Shown: in pieces, positions 20,197 to 29,998 of the stretch
Position numbering within the stretch: the stretch's first letter is position 1
Layout of the letters: every line of letters starts with the position of its first letter
Assembly: GCA_036264075.1 (NCBI GenBank)
Contig: DATARP010000100.1
Location: forward strand, 2,737 to 66,736
Direction of reading: 5' to 3'
Length of the DNA: 64,000 nt
Source: Gemmatimonadaceae bacterium
GTDB taxonomy: Bacteria > Gemmatimonadota > Gemmatimonadetes > Gemmatimonadales > Gemmatimonadaceae
Notes under the pieces: generated by a model
Told to the model about the DNA's origin: nothing
Databases searched by the model: none
What the model saw: only the letters and a program-made list of their open reading frames with translations
Program-made: the position numbers and the translations under genes

Positions 20197-20951
20197 TGCA
20201 GCCTTGCGATCACCTGATCGCGGTAACGTAAATCGAGCTCGCCAACGTGTACCTGCCGGCGAGCAAGGTCATTCTCAACGGGAAAGATATCGGCCAACCG
20301 CTCCACTGACAGCCCTAACGGAATGCGCACTCTCACTGTTCCAGCGTTCGAACTCGTCGTGTCTCCAGGGACGCGAGCTCGCTGCGGCTCGCTGCGAGAG
20401 AGAGTGAGGAGGATCTCGTCCCTCCCCGTGCGTCTCACCTCTTCGATGCGCGAGAACAGCCGCGGCACCGTGTAACGAATGGCGCCAACGAGCTTAAGAA
20501 GAACAGGATCGCTTGTCGCAACAATCGGGAGATCGAGATTGGTGCGCGCGGGATCTATCGGGAGCACGTGACCGGCGGAGTCATAGGGCACGAATCCGGC
20601 GGTGCCCTGGATCAGCGCGACCGGCTGATTCTCCTGGATCGTCACGACCAGCGTTCCCGGCAGTCGCCTTGTGATAGCGACGTCGCTGACCTGCGGATGG
20701 TGGCGCACCCGCTCTCGTAACGGCTCCAGATCGTCCCACAGCGACATCAACGTATCGACTTTGAGGCGCGACAGCACTTCGCCTGGCGGCAGATATCGAA
20801 TGCCGCGCACCTCGACGGATCTTACTCTGAAGAACGCCATCTGCCTGGCCGCAGAGCGAACGCCCCATGCGGCTGACATGATCAGGGCGACGAGGAAAAT
20901 TCCGCCGAGCATTTTCCAGCCGGGTTTGTGGAGCCGTCCCGAAAGAGTCAT
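20193..20951 (-). CDS. ftsQ: Cell division protein FtsQ/DivIB
   Basis: TM, POTRA (RRLPGTLVVTIQE), C-terminal LDLRYRDQVI; lies between murC and ftsA. Confidence 0.88.
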   Translation of the reverse strand: MTLSGRLHKPGWKMLGGIFLVALIMSAAWGVRSAARQMAFFRVRSVEVRGIRYLPPGEVLSRLKVDTLMSLWDDLEPLRERVRHHPQVSDVAITRRLPGTLVVTIQENQPVALIQGTAGFVPYDSAGHVLPIDPARTNLDLPIVATSDPVLLKLVGAIRYTVPRLFSRIEEVRRTGRDEILLTLSRSEPQRARVPGDTTSSNAGTVRVRIPLGLSVERLADIFPVENDLARRQVHVGELDLRYRDQVIARLQ

Positions 20952-22330
20952 GTGACGCGGGCTTCCAGCTGTTTCTTGAGCTCCGGACCCGTGCGCGTGA
21001 TGTCACCCGCACCGATTGTGATGACGACGTCCCCGTCGCGCAGGAATCCGCAGAGCGCGGAGGCGAGCTCCTTGCGCGGGCCTCGCCATGCTGCCTTGCG
21101 GCCAGCGCGCTCGAGTGCCGCCGCAACGAGATCCGACGTTACACCGGCGATCGGGTTCTCCCTGGCGGGATAGATCTCGGTGAGAAAGACGCTGTCGGCT
21201 TTCGCCAGCGACTGCCCAAACGCATCAGCGAAATCGCGCGTCCGCGAAAATAGGTGTGGCTGGAACGCGGCGACAATGCGCCGGCCCGGGTACGAAGCGC
21301 GCGCCGCCTGGAGCGTGGCAATGATCTCCGTTGGATGGTGGGCGTAGTCGTCTACGATTGTCACGCCCGACACCTCGCACAGGTGCTGAAAGCGGCGCTC
21401 CACTCCGCCGAATTCCAGTAACCCTTCGCGCATGGCGTCGAGTGTGACGCCGAGAGCGAACCCCGAGCCGATGGCGGCAAGCGCATTCTGCACATTGTGG
21501 AGCCCCGGCACCCGCAACGCGACCTCGCCCAACGGGCGACCGTCGTAAGAAACGGCGAACGTCGTCGCGTGTCCGGAAGAACGGATGTCGCTCGCCACCA
21601 GACGTGCGTCGGGAGAAGCGATTCCATAGCGGATGACCTCCGCGCTCGCGGGCAGATCGAGACTGCGCGCTCCCGGATCATCGGCGCAGAGCACGACGAC
21701 CGCCGCATCGCGAACGAAGCGCGAGAACGTCGACGTGATGTCCTCGAGATCCCGATAGATGTCGAGGTGGTCGGCCTCTACGTTCGTGACGACGGCGATT
21801 GTCGGCAAAAGCGTCAGAAATGAGCGGTCGTATTCATCGGCCTCGACCACAAAAAGAGCGTCCGAGTCGTAGTGAAGATTGCCCTTCCATTCCGCCACTC
21901 GCCCGCCTGCGAGCCCGGTCGGATGCAATCCCGCAGCGGCAAGCGCCGCGGTCGTCATCACCGTCGTTGTCGTCTTCCCGTGAGTGCCCGCGATTCCCAC
22001 CAGCGTTCCGCCTGTGACCGCCTGGCCGAGTGCTTCCGCCCTGCGAACTATCGGAATTCCCAATTCACGCGCGCGCACGAGCTCCGGATGGTCCTTCGGC
22101 ATCGCCGACGTGACGATCACTTCCCGCGCGCCGTTCACGTGGTCCGGACTGTGGCCCGTAATCACCTCGATGCCCAGGTCTGCGAGGTCTTCCGTCGGCC
22201 CTGGGTTCGCATCGCATCCCGTGACGATCACGCCTCGGCGAGCGAGCAGCTCCGCCAACGCCCGCATGCCTGCGCCAGCGATGCCGACGAAGTGAACCGG
22301 ACGCGAATCGGAGTTATCGAGGCTGCTCAT
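20948..22330 (-). CDS. murC: UDP-N-acetylmuramate--L-alanine ligase
   Basis: HFVGIAGAGM, GTHGKTTTT, EADEYD, DDYAHHPTE, FQPHLFSRT; start taken at ATG 22330. Confidence 0.96.
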   Translation of the reverse strand: MSSLDNSDSRPVHFVGIAGAGMRALAELLARRGVIVTGCDANPGPTEDLADLGIEVITGHSPDHVNGAREVIVTSAMPKDHPELVRARELGIPIVRRAEALGQAVTGGTLVGIAGTHGKTTTTVMTTAALAAAGLHPTGLAGGRVAEWKGNLHYDSDALFVVEADEYDRSFLTLLPTIAVVTNVEADHLDIYRDLEDITSTFSRFVRDAAVVVLCADDPGARSLDLPASAEVIRYGIASPDARLVASDIRSSGHATTFAVSYDGRPLGEVALRVPGLHNVQNALAAIGSGFALGVTLDAMREGLLEFGGVERRFQHLCEVSGVTIVDDYAHHPTEIIATLQAARASYPGRRIVAAFQPHLFSRTRDFADAFGQSLAKADSVFLTEIYPARENPIAGVTSDLVAAALERAGRKAAWRGPRKELASALCGFLRDGDVVITIGAGDITRTGPELKKQLEARVT

Positions 22331-22367
22331 TGCGGGTTTCGTGTGCGCTTTACCGCTCGGGCGCGTT

Positions 22368-23474
22368 TCAGGCCGACGAGCCGGAGCGGACAAGTGTCAG
22401 AATGTGGCGGGCAATGTCGGCAGCAGCCGTCGGGCGCGCACGGGCCAGCGCCTTTGCGCGCATGTCCGCAAGCTTTGCGGGATCCGCGAGCAGTGAGTCC
22501 ACTGCCTTGGCAAGCGAGTCCGTGCTGAGATCGGACTGCCTGATCATCTCCGCTGCGCCGGAGGCCTCGAGTGCCTTCGCGTTGGCCGTCTGGTGGTCGG
22601 CTGCCGCCGTCGGAAGCGGCACCACAATCGTGGGTATGCCCCACGCGCAGAGCTCCGCCGTGGCCATTGCACCGGCGCGAGACAGAGCGAGATCGGCCGC
22701 ACGATACGCTTCGGAAATCGGGGCGATGTAAGCTCTCACCTTCACGCGGTCGCTCTCGTAGCGCGCCAGCTTCTCGTAATTCGCCTTTCCGGTGGCCCAA
22801 ATGACAAACAGGTCGCTCGGGAGCCCGCGATCGACCCACGACGCGACGACGTCGTTCATGGCCTGCGACCCCTGGCTTCCACCGTAGACGAGCAGCACCG
22901 CGCCTCCTACCGCCGGGAATCCCCATTTGACGCGAGCCGGCGCCTTCTGGAACGCGTCGCCGGGCGGCGGCTCGATCGGATTCCCCGAATCGTACACTTC
23001 GGTCTTCTTCGATGGCGACAGATACCGTCGGGCTTCAGGAAAGCCGAGATGAATCTGCGCGGCGAAGCGGCTGAAGAATCGCGCGGTGATGCCGGGATGG
23101 GTGTTTTGTTCCTGAAGCACGTAGGGAATCCCGTGCCTCGCGGCATACGCCAGTGCGAGTCCCGCCGCGTATCCGCCCGTGCCGACGACACAGGCCGGCG
23201 GCTCGCTGCGCACTTCCCCGGCAATGCGCTGCCACGCTGTCATCGCGCCACGAATCGTCTTCCAGTTTTCCCACGGACGCGAGCGATAGAGCGGGTGCAG
23301 ATCGAGGAGCTCGAAGGGAAACCCGACCTGAGGCAGCACGTCCTTCTCGATGCCGCGCCGGGCGCCAATGAAGAACGGCTCGACTTTCCGATCCTCGTTC
23401 ACGAGGGCGCGCGCGATGGCCAGTCCGGGATACAGGTGCCCGCCGGTGCCACCCCCGGCGAAGATTACCCTCAT
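22368..23474 (-). CDS. murG: Lipid II GlcNAc transferase MurG
   Basis: GGGTGGH, GTGGY, EQN, GGSQG, RAGA, DHQTANA. Confidence 0.96.
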   Translation of the reverse strand: MRVIFAGGGTGGHLYPGLAIARALVNEDRKVEPFFIGARRGIEKDVLPQVGFPFELLDLHPLYRSRPWENWKTIRGAMTAWQRIAGEVRSEPPACVVGTGGYAAGLALAYAARHGIPYVLQEQNTHPGITARFFSRFAAQIHLGFPEARRYLSPSKKTEVYDSGNPIEPPPGDAFQKAPARVKWGFPAVGGAVLLVYGGSQGSQAMNDVVASWVDRGLPSDLFVIWATGKANYEKLARYESDRVKVRAYIAPISEAYRAADLALSRAGAMATAELCAWGIPTIVVPLPTAAADHQTANAKALEASGAAEMIRQSDLSTDSLAKAVDSLLADPAKLADMRAKALARARPTAAADIARHILTLVRSGSSA

Positions 23475-24652
23475 CTCGCTGGCAGCGCGCGAAGAGCTAG
23501 CGGGTCCGTCGCGGCTTCACCGAATACTCTTTCACGCCTGCTGCCGATGTTCACGAGGATTCCTGTCATGAGAAGCGAGAGGATGAGATTCGAGCGCCCG
23601 TAGGAGATGAAGGGTAACGTGAGCCCGGTCGTAGGGAGCAAGCCGGTTGCCACGCCGATATGAAGATACGCCGTTAGCACAGTGGTAACCGTCAGACCGA
23701 CCGCCACGAGCTGAAGAAAAGGAGTCCGAGCTCGTCGGGCAATTCGGAAGCCGACGGCCGCGTACAGCGCAAAGGCTGCCACCAGCAGCGCCAGCCCGAC
23801 AAATCCCCATTCCTCGCCGATGTGGCCGGCAATGAAGTCGTCGTACCCGAAAGGAAGAAAGCCGTATTGCTGGCGACCGCGTCCGAATCCTACTCCGAAT
23901 ATCTGCCCGGAGCCCACCGCAATCAGCGACTGCCTGAGCTGGTAGCTCACCTCCGGTGGCGCACCTCCGGGATCGAAAAAGGCGCTCATGCGAAGGAGCA
24001 CGTAATTCAATCGCTCGATCTTGACGTACAGCAGCGGAATGAGCATCACGCCGAGCGCGACGAAGTGTCCGATGCGAACTCCACCCGTGAACAGGATGAT
24101 GGCCATCACCAGAGTGAACATCATCGCGGTCGAGAGATCGGGCTCGAGCATCACCAGAATGTCGAGCGCTCCGATCACCACCAGAAAGGGCAACAATCCC
24201 TTGGTGAGCCGTCGCATCACCGGCCCCTTTTTCACCACCAACATCGACGTCCAGAGAACCACCGCGAGCTTGGCGAGCTCCGACGGCTGCAGCGATGCGC
24301 CGAAAACGTATCTGCGCGATCCATGGATCCGGGGCGCAATCCTGGCCGTGAACGGGAGAATCACGATTACCAGCAGAACGAGCGACAACGCCATCAGTGG
24401 CCACGCCCACTTCTCCCACAGCTCGGCGTCAAGCTTGGCGGCAATGGCAAACAGCACGGCGCCCACTGCCATTCCTGACAGCTGTCGCAGCAGAAGGTAG
24501 GCGTGACCCTGGCCAGCCTGCATCTCTACGATCGCGCTGGCGCTGTAGACCGTTGCGACCCCAAAAGCGAGCAGGACTCCAGTGAGGATTACGAGGACAC
24601 GGGCCTCGACCCCCATCGTCCAGCGATGTCTCAATCCGACAGACGCTTCCAT
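23471..24652 (-). CDS. ftsW: Peptidoglycan glycosyltransferase FtsW (SEDS)
   Basis: QPSELAK, EPDL, GEEWG, GLTLPFISYG; polytopic. Confidence 0.95.
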   Translation of the reverse strand: MEASVGLRHRWTMGVEARVLVILTGVLLAFGVATVYSASAIVEMQAGQGHAYLLLRQLSGMAVGAVLFAIAAKLDAELWEKWAWPLMALSLVLLVIVILPFTARIAPRIHGSRRYVFGASLQPSELAKLAVVLWTSMLVVKKGPVMRRLTKGLLPFLVVIGALDILVMLEPDLSTAMMFTLVMAIILFTGGVRIGHFVALGVMLIPLLYVKIERLNYVLLRMSAFFDPGGAPPEVSYQLRQSLIAVGSGQIFGVGFGRGRQQYGFLPFGYDDFIAGHIGEEWGFVGLALLVAAFALYAAVGFRIARRARTPFLQLVAVGLTVTTVLTAYLHIGVATGLLPTTGLTLPFISYGRSNLILSLLMTGILVNIGSRRERVFGEAATDPLALRALPAR

Positions 24653-26029
24653 CTACGCGTCCTTCGTCGCGAGCACGCGAAAGCGCTCGCCTCTTTCCTC
24701 GTAGTTCGAAAACATGTCGTAGCTCGAACACGCCGGGGACAGCAGGATTGCTTCTCCGGCGCGCGCGGTGGCGCGCGCAGTCCGAATCACCTCGTCGAAG
24801 TCCGAGCCGAGCCTGACCACATCCACCACGGGACGCAGATCGGTGGCGATCATTGCCGCCGCCTCACCGTACGCGATTACTCTCTTCACCTTTTTTCGAA
24901 CGGCATCGACGAGGGGCGTGTATGCCTCTCCCTTGTGCCGGCCTCCGAGCAGTAGGACGGTCGGACGCTCCATCCCGTCAATTGCTACCGCGGCTGAGCT
25001 GACGTTCGTTGCCTTGGAATCGTTGATCCACTGCACGCCATCGAACTCACCGACGAGCTCCAGACGGTGCGGCAGCGAGCGGAATGTGCGAAGCGCGGCT
25101 GCGATTCCCTTTCGGGACTTCGGACTCTGGTGGGAGCGGTCAGCGACCATCACCGCGAGCGATGCCGCAAGGGCGTTCGCCACGTTGTGCGGGCCGAGCA
25201 GCGGCAGGTCGTTGCGCTCGAGAAGTGGCGCTCCCAGCACCACCAGCTCGTTGCGAGCGGGATCGAAGTATCCAGACGCTTCGCCGGTGATCGAGAATGG
25301 ATACTTGTGACCGGCTACGTCGCGTACCATCGCCAGCACGGCTTTATCGTCGCCGTTGACAACCCACAGGGAGTCGCCGTTGGCGTTGGCGAAGAAGCGC
25401 GCCTTGTCCGCGTAGTATTCCTCGACGCTCGAGTAACGATCGAGATGGTCCGGGCTGAGATTGGTCAGGACGCCGACCTCCGGCCTTATGCTCGGCGTGT
25501 CGTGCAGCTGAAAAGAAGACATCTCGAGTGAGATCCATTTCGGCTGGTGCTCCCGAATCGCGATCTCCGAGAGCGGCGTTCCAATATTTCCCGCTTCGAC
25601 GGCTTCGAGGTCGATCCCGCGCAACAGGTGAGCGATCAACGCAGTGGTCGTCGTCTTCCCGTTTGTGCCGGTGACCGCGATGACGCGCGGACCTTCTAGA
25701 AAGTGGAGCGCCACCTCCACCTCGCTGGCGACACGAATTCCGTTCTCCCGCGAGAACGCCAGGGGCCGCGCGTTCGGGGGTACCCCGGGGCTGGTAACGA
25801 CGAGACTCGCGCGCGCCAGCCTTTCCAGGTCGTGCCGCCCGACATCGACGGAGATTCCCTGGCTGCGCAGCTCCTCCGCGCACCGTCCGGTGTCGGGCGA
25901 TGACGCGAGATCAGACGCGTACACGTTGTAGCCGTGTTTTCGCAGCAGCGTAGCCACGGCGCGTCCGCTGCGCGCGAGACCGATGACGGCAATCTCGCTC
26001 TCGCGCGGCACGAGCTCGCGCAGAGTCAT
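24653..26029 (-). CDS. murD: UDP-MurNAc-L-Ala--D-glutamate ligase
   Basis: GTNGKTTTT, EMSSFQL, DHLDRY, NDSKATN, SPACSSYD. Confidence 0.96.
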   Translation of the reverse strand: MTLRELVPRESEIAVIGLARSGRAVATLLRKHGYNVYASDLASSPDTGRCAEELRSQGISVDVGRHDLERLARASLVVTSPGVPPNARPLAFSRENGIRVASEVEVALHFLEGPRVIAVTGTNGKTTTTALIAHLLRGIDLEAVEAGNIGTPLSEIAIREHQPKWISLEMSSFQLHDTPSIRPEVGVLTNLSPDHLDRYSSVEEYYADKARFFANANGDSLWVVNGDDKAVLAMVRDVAGHKYPFSITGEASGYFDPARNELVVLGAPLLERNDLPLLGPHNVANALAASLAVMVADRSHQSPKSRKGIAAALRTFRSLPHRLELVGEFDGVQWINDSKATNVSSAAVAIDGMERPTVLLLGGRHKGEAYTPLVDAVRKKVKRVIAYGEAAAMIATDLRPVVDVVRLGSDFDEVIRTARATARAGEAILLSPACSSYDMFSNYEERGERFRVLATKDA

Positions 26030-27174
26030 CGCAATTTCAACGTGCTTAGAGCGATGAAGGCGAACAGGACTCCAATGATCCAGAAGCGCACCACGACTTG
26101 CGCCTCATCCCATCCCTTCACCTCGAAATGGTGGTGGAGCGGAGCTCGTCGGAAGACTCGGTGCTCGCGGGCGTACTCGATTCCATATCGTCGCTTGCGG
26201 TACTTGAACACGAACCGCTGGAGAATGACCGACACCATCTCGGCGACGAAAACCGCGCCGACGAGGACGAGCAGGAATTCGGATTTCAACAGGATCGCAA
26301 CTGACGCCAGTGCCCCGCCGAGCGCGAGTGAGCCCGTATCGCCCATGAAGACTTCCGCAGGATGTGTGTTGTACCACAGAAATCCTATACAGGCACCAAG
26401 GACGGCAGTGCAGAAGACGGTGAGCTCACCCGCTCCGCGCAAGTAATAGACATAGAGATACTGACTGGCGTCCACTCGGCCGACGACGTAAGCGTAGAAG
26501 GCAAATGTGAGCGCCGCGATCGCCGTGAGGCCGGCAGCCAATCCGTCGAGGCCGTCCGTCACGTTGACGGCGTTGCTGGTTCCGGTCATCACGAACGTCA
26601 CGAACAACACGTAGAGCCAGCCGAAGCCGGCGCTGATTGGAACGATCAGGATGTATTTGTAGAAGGGCAGCGTGGTGGACGCGCCTGGCAGCGATGACAG
26701 GGGGTGCTTCCAGAGGTAGTAGCCCAAACCGAACCCGAGGGTCACCTGGCCGACGAGTTTGTATTTCTCGACCAGACCGGTGTTCTTCTTCCCCGCCAGT
26801 TTCTGTTTCAGCTTCAGGTAATCGTCCCAGAAGCCTATCGCTCCCATCCAGGCCATCGACACCATCGCCAGCAGCACATATCGGTTGTCGAGCTTCGCCC
26901 ACAGCAGCGTGCTGATGAGGGTCGCGCCGAGGATGATCAACCCGCCCATTGTGGGGGTTCTTCCTTTCTGCTGATGCGCGTCGGGTGTTCCTTCGCGGAT
27001 CACTTGATGGAGGCGCATTCTGCGCAGCCGCCGCATGATTCCGGGGCCGACGACGAACGTGAGAAGGAGCGCGGTGACAGCTGCGCCCGCGGCGCGAAAG
27101 GTTATCCACTGGAACAGTCGCAGAAATCCGAAATGCGGCAATCCTACGAACGGAACGAGCAGATAATTCAGCAC
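26026..27174 (-). CDS. mraY: Phospho-MurNAc-pentapeptide transferase
   Basis: TPTMGG, NAVNVTDGLDGLA, FMGDTGS, APLHHHFE; GTG start at 27174 overlapping the murF stop. Confidence 0.96.
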   Translation of the reverse strand: MLNYLLVPFVGLPHFGFLRLFQWITFRAAGAAVTALLLTFVVGPGIMRRLRRMRLHQVIREGTPDAHQQKGRTPTMGGLIILGATLISTLLWAKLDNRYVLLAMVSMAWMGAIGFWDDYLKLKQKLAGKKNTGLVEKYKLVGQVTLGFGLGYYLWKHPLSSLPGASTTLPFYKYILIVPISAGFGWLYVLFVTFVMTGTSNAVNVTDGLDGLAAGLTAIAALTFAFYAYVVGRVDASQYLYVYYLRGAGELTVFCTAVLGACIGFLWYNTHPAEVFMGDTGSLALGGALASVAILLKSEFLLVLVGAVFVAEMVSVILQRFVFKYRKRRYGIEYAREHRVFRRAPLHHHFEVKGWDEAQVVVRFWIIGVLFAFIALSTLKLR

Positions 27175-28538
27175 TATGCGGTCGCCCAGGTAGTTAGATG
27201 TGGAACCAGCCGCTCCAGCTGTACACCGCGAGACGCCTTGAGCAAAATAATAGCGTCGCGCTGAAGACGACCTTCTAGCTGCGGCCACAGATCTTCGACA
27301 TCGGAAGCCGTGATCACACGCTCGCGGTCCTTCCGTTTCTCGAGAGCGGGGGCGAATTCGCCGATTCCCGCCACGATGTCTGCCCCCGAAGCCAACGCGA
27401 GACCGGCGATGTCGGCGTGACATTGTTCGGACGCCGCACCGAGCTCCCGCATCGTACCAAGGACGATTACCCTCTGCCGTCCGGTACCGGTTCCCTGTAA
27501 CAACTCGATGGCTGCACGCGTCGATCCCGGATTCGCATTGTAGGCATCGTTGATGAGCGTGACGTTACCCACCTGTTCCCACGCCACGCGCATCTTCGGC
27601 TGCGGCATCGCCCCAATTCCCTGCGCGGCGTCCTCGTAGCTCACGCCACATTCGCGCGCGACCGCCAGCGCGAGCATCGCGTTCCGCAGATTGTGGAGTC
27701 CGCGAACCGGCGGCTTGATTGCTACGCCGCCAATCTCGATGACTCCGAGTCCGTCTGATCCGATCTCCCATTGATCGGGCTTGAGATCCGCAGTTGCATC
27801 CAGCCCAGCAACTACGACTCGCTTTGCCTTGCGGCGAGCCGCCTCGGCGATCTCGGGTTGGGCGGATGGGGCGATCCCTACGCCCACTCCGTCGTAGACC
27901 GCTGCCTCTTCGCGCAAAACGCCGGCGAGATCGCCCAGGCCTTCCAGATGTTCCTCGGCGATGGAGGTCACCAGCGCAATGTCCGGTTGCGCTATGTCTC
28001 GAAGAATTGCGACTTCGCCGGGAAGGCTCGTTCCGAGCTCGATCACCGCGACGTCCGCGCCGGGTGGCAGCGACAGCAGTGTCAGCGGAACGCCGATCCG
28101 GTTGTTGAGGTTTCCCGTCGTCGCATGGACCGAATAGGATCGGCCGAGTGACGCCTTGAGGAGATCCTTCGTGCTCGTCTTACCGTTGCTCCCCGCCACG
28201 CCGATGATGGTTTTCCCCCATGCGCGACGCCAGAAATTGGCGAGGGCACCGAGAGCGACCAGCGTGTCGGCAACTTCGTAAACGGGCACCGATAGCGCGG
28301 TCAGCTTGGGCGCGCGCGAGACTATGACTGCTGCTGCGCCGTCCCTGACTGCATCGCGCAGGTAGTCGTGGCCGTCGAACCGCTCGCCCTTGAGAGCGAG
28401 GAAGACGTCTCCCTTCCCGATCTTTCGCGTATCGGTCGTTATGCCGCGAATCTCCGTTGACCCGCGCGGCCCCGATCCAGTCAGGTGGTTCTCGAGTGCG
28501 GCCGCGATTCGCTCCAGCGTCCAGAACCCCGTGCTCAC
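27174..28538 (-). CDS. murF: UDP-MurNAc-tripeptide--D-Ala-D-Ala ligase
   Basis: GERFDGH, GSNGKTSTK, NNRIGVP, NDAYNANP, KASRG. Confidence 0.95.
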   Translation of the reverse strand: MSTGFWTLERIAAALENHLTGSGPRGSTEIRGITTDTRKIGKGDVFLALKGERFDGHDYLRDAVRDGAAAVIVSRAPKLTALSVPVYEVADTLVALGALANFWRRAWGKTIIGVAGSNGKTSTKDLLKASLGRSYSVHATTGNLNNRIGVPLTLLSLPPGADVAVIELGTSLPGEVAILRDIAQPDIALVTSIAEEHLEGLGDLAGVLREEAAVYDGVGVGIAPSAQPEIAEAARRKAKRVVVAGLDATADLKPDQWEIGSDGLGVIEIGGVAIKPPVRGLHNLRNAMLALAVARECGVSYEDAAQGIGAMPQPKMRVAWEQVGNVTLINDAYNANPGSTRAAIELLQGTGTGRQRVIVLGTMRELGAASEQCHADIAGLALASGADIVAGIGEFAPALEKRKDRERVITASDVEDLWPQLEGRLQRDAIILLKASRGVQLERLVPHLTTWATA

Positions 28539-29998
28539 GCGTGACTCCCGGTCATCTCTTTCACTATTTCCTTTTCGTCGAATGGGTACGAAGTGGTTCC
28601 GCGAATCTGGTAAGTCTCGTGGCCTTTGCCCGCCAGCAGGACGATGTCCCCATCCTCGGCGAGATCGAGCGCGCGTTGAATGGCGGCGAGCCTGTCGGTG
28701 ACGCGCTCGTGACCGGTGCCACGCATCCCGGCCTCGATGTCGTCGATGATGGCGTCCGGATCCTCCGTGCGCGGGTTGTCGCTGGTGACGATTGCACAGT
28801 CCGCTCCACGCTCGGCGATTTCCCCCATGATCGGGCGCTTGCCCTTATCCCGCTCGCCGCCGCATCCGAATACCACGATGAGCTTTCCGCGCGTGAACGC
28901 GCGCGCGGTGCGCAGCGTCCGCTCCAGCGCGTCGGGCGTATGCGCGTAGTCGCGAAGAACCGTCGGTCGTGTGGAGATAATCTCGAGTCTGCCCGCGACC
29001 TGGGGAACCGTGCTCAGTCCTTGCGCGATCTTCTGCGGATTTTGTCCGAGCGCGAAGGCCGCAGCAGCTGCCGCGAGCGCATTCTCGACGTTAACGTCCC
29101 CAATCAGGGGCAAAGCGACATCAGCAGACCCGCGCGGCGTTGTCAGCTTCCACTCGCTTCCACGCGGCGTGTACTCCACGCCTTCAGCGCGTATGTCGGC
29201 TTTCGCGCGCAGGGCGAATGTGAGCGGCCGGCTTTTGGTCTTGAGCGTTCCCCACTCGGGTGCGTCGGCGTTGACGACCGCGGTTGCGCCCGGCTTCAGG
29301 TATTCGAGGAGGCGCGCCTTTGCCTGCAGGTAGGCCTCCATCGTTCCATGGTAGTCCAGATGGTCGCGCGTGAGGTTGGTGAACACGCCAACATCGAACT
29401 CCAGTCCGTCGACCCGCCTCTGATCGAGGCTGTGCGACGAGACTTCCATCGCCAAGGTCAACACACCGCGGTCGACGAGTGCCCGGAGAATTCTTTGCAG
29501 CTCCACCGGGCCAGGGGTCGTCAGACCGCCGCCGCCGGGTAGCACCTCGCCATCGCTGCCAACGAGCACACCAAGCGTTCCGACGGAGGCGCTCGAGCCC
29601 GCGCCATCGTCGAATAGGTGACGCATAATCGAAGTAGTGGTTGTCTTCCCGTTCGTTCCGGTGACGCCAAGGATGGTCAACTGGCGGGCGGGATTCGCGT
29701 ACGCGACAGATGCGGCGACAGCTGCTGCCCGGCGTCCCTCGCGAACCACCAGCGCTGGCAGGTTCGCGCGCCCGGCATCTTCGACTATTGCCACAGACGC
29801 GCCACGCTGCGCGGCGGCGTCGAGGAAATCGTGGCCGTCGCTGTTCCAGCCGCGCACCGCGATGAAGAGGTCACCGCTCTTTGCTTTCCGGCTGTCGTCC
29901 GCGATTCCTGTCGCTTCATCGGGAAGTTTGCCTTGCACACCCGCGAGCAATCCGCGCTCTTCCAGCGCGCTCCTGATCTCCGAGATCCGGATCTTCAT
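28535..29998 (-). CDS. murE: UDP-MurNAc-dipeptide--meso-DAP ligase
   Basis: GTNGKTTT, EVSSH, DHLDYH, DYAHTPD, DNPR (DAP specificity), GKGHE. Confidence 0.96.
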   Translation of the reverse strand: MKIRISEIRSALEERGLLAGVQGKLPDEATGIADDSRKAKSGDLFIAVRGWNSDGHDFLDAAAQRGASVAIVEDAGRANLPALVVREGRRAAAVAASVAYANPARQLTILGVTGTNGKTTTTSIMRHLFDDGAGSSASVGTLGVLVGSDGEVLPGGGGLTTPGPVELQRILRALVDRGVLTLAMEVSSHSLDQRRVDGLEFDVGVFTNLTRDHLDYHGTMEAYLQAKARLLEYLKPGATAVVNADAPEWGTLKTKSRPLTFALRAKADIRAEGVEYTPRGSEWKLTTPRGSADVALPLIGDVNVENALAAAAAAFALGQNPQKIAQGLSTVPQVAGRLEIISTRPTVLRDYAHTPDALERTLRTARAFTRGKLIVVFGCGGERDKGKRPIMGEIAERGADCAIVTSDNPRTEDPDAIIDDIEAGMRGTGHERVTDRLAAIQRALDLAEDGDIVLLAGKGHETYQIRGTTSYPFDEKEIVKEMTGSHA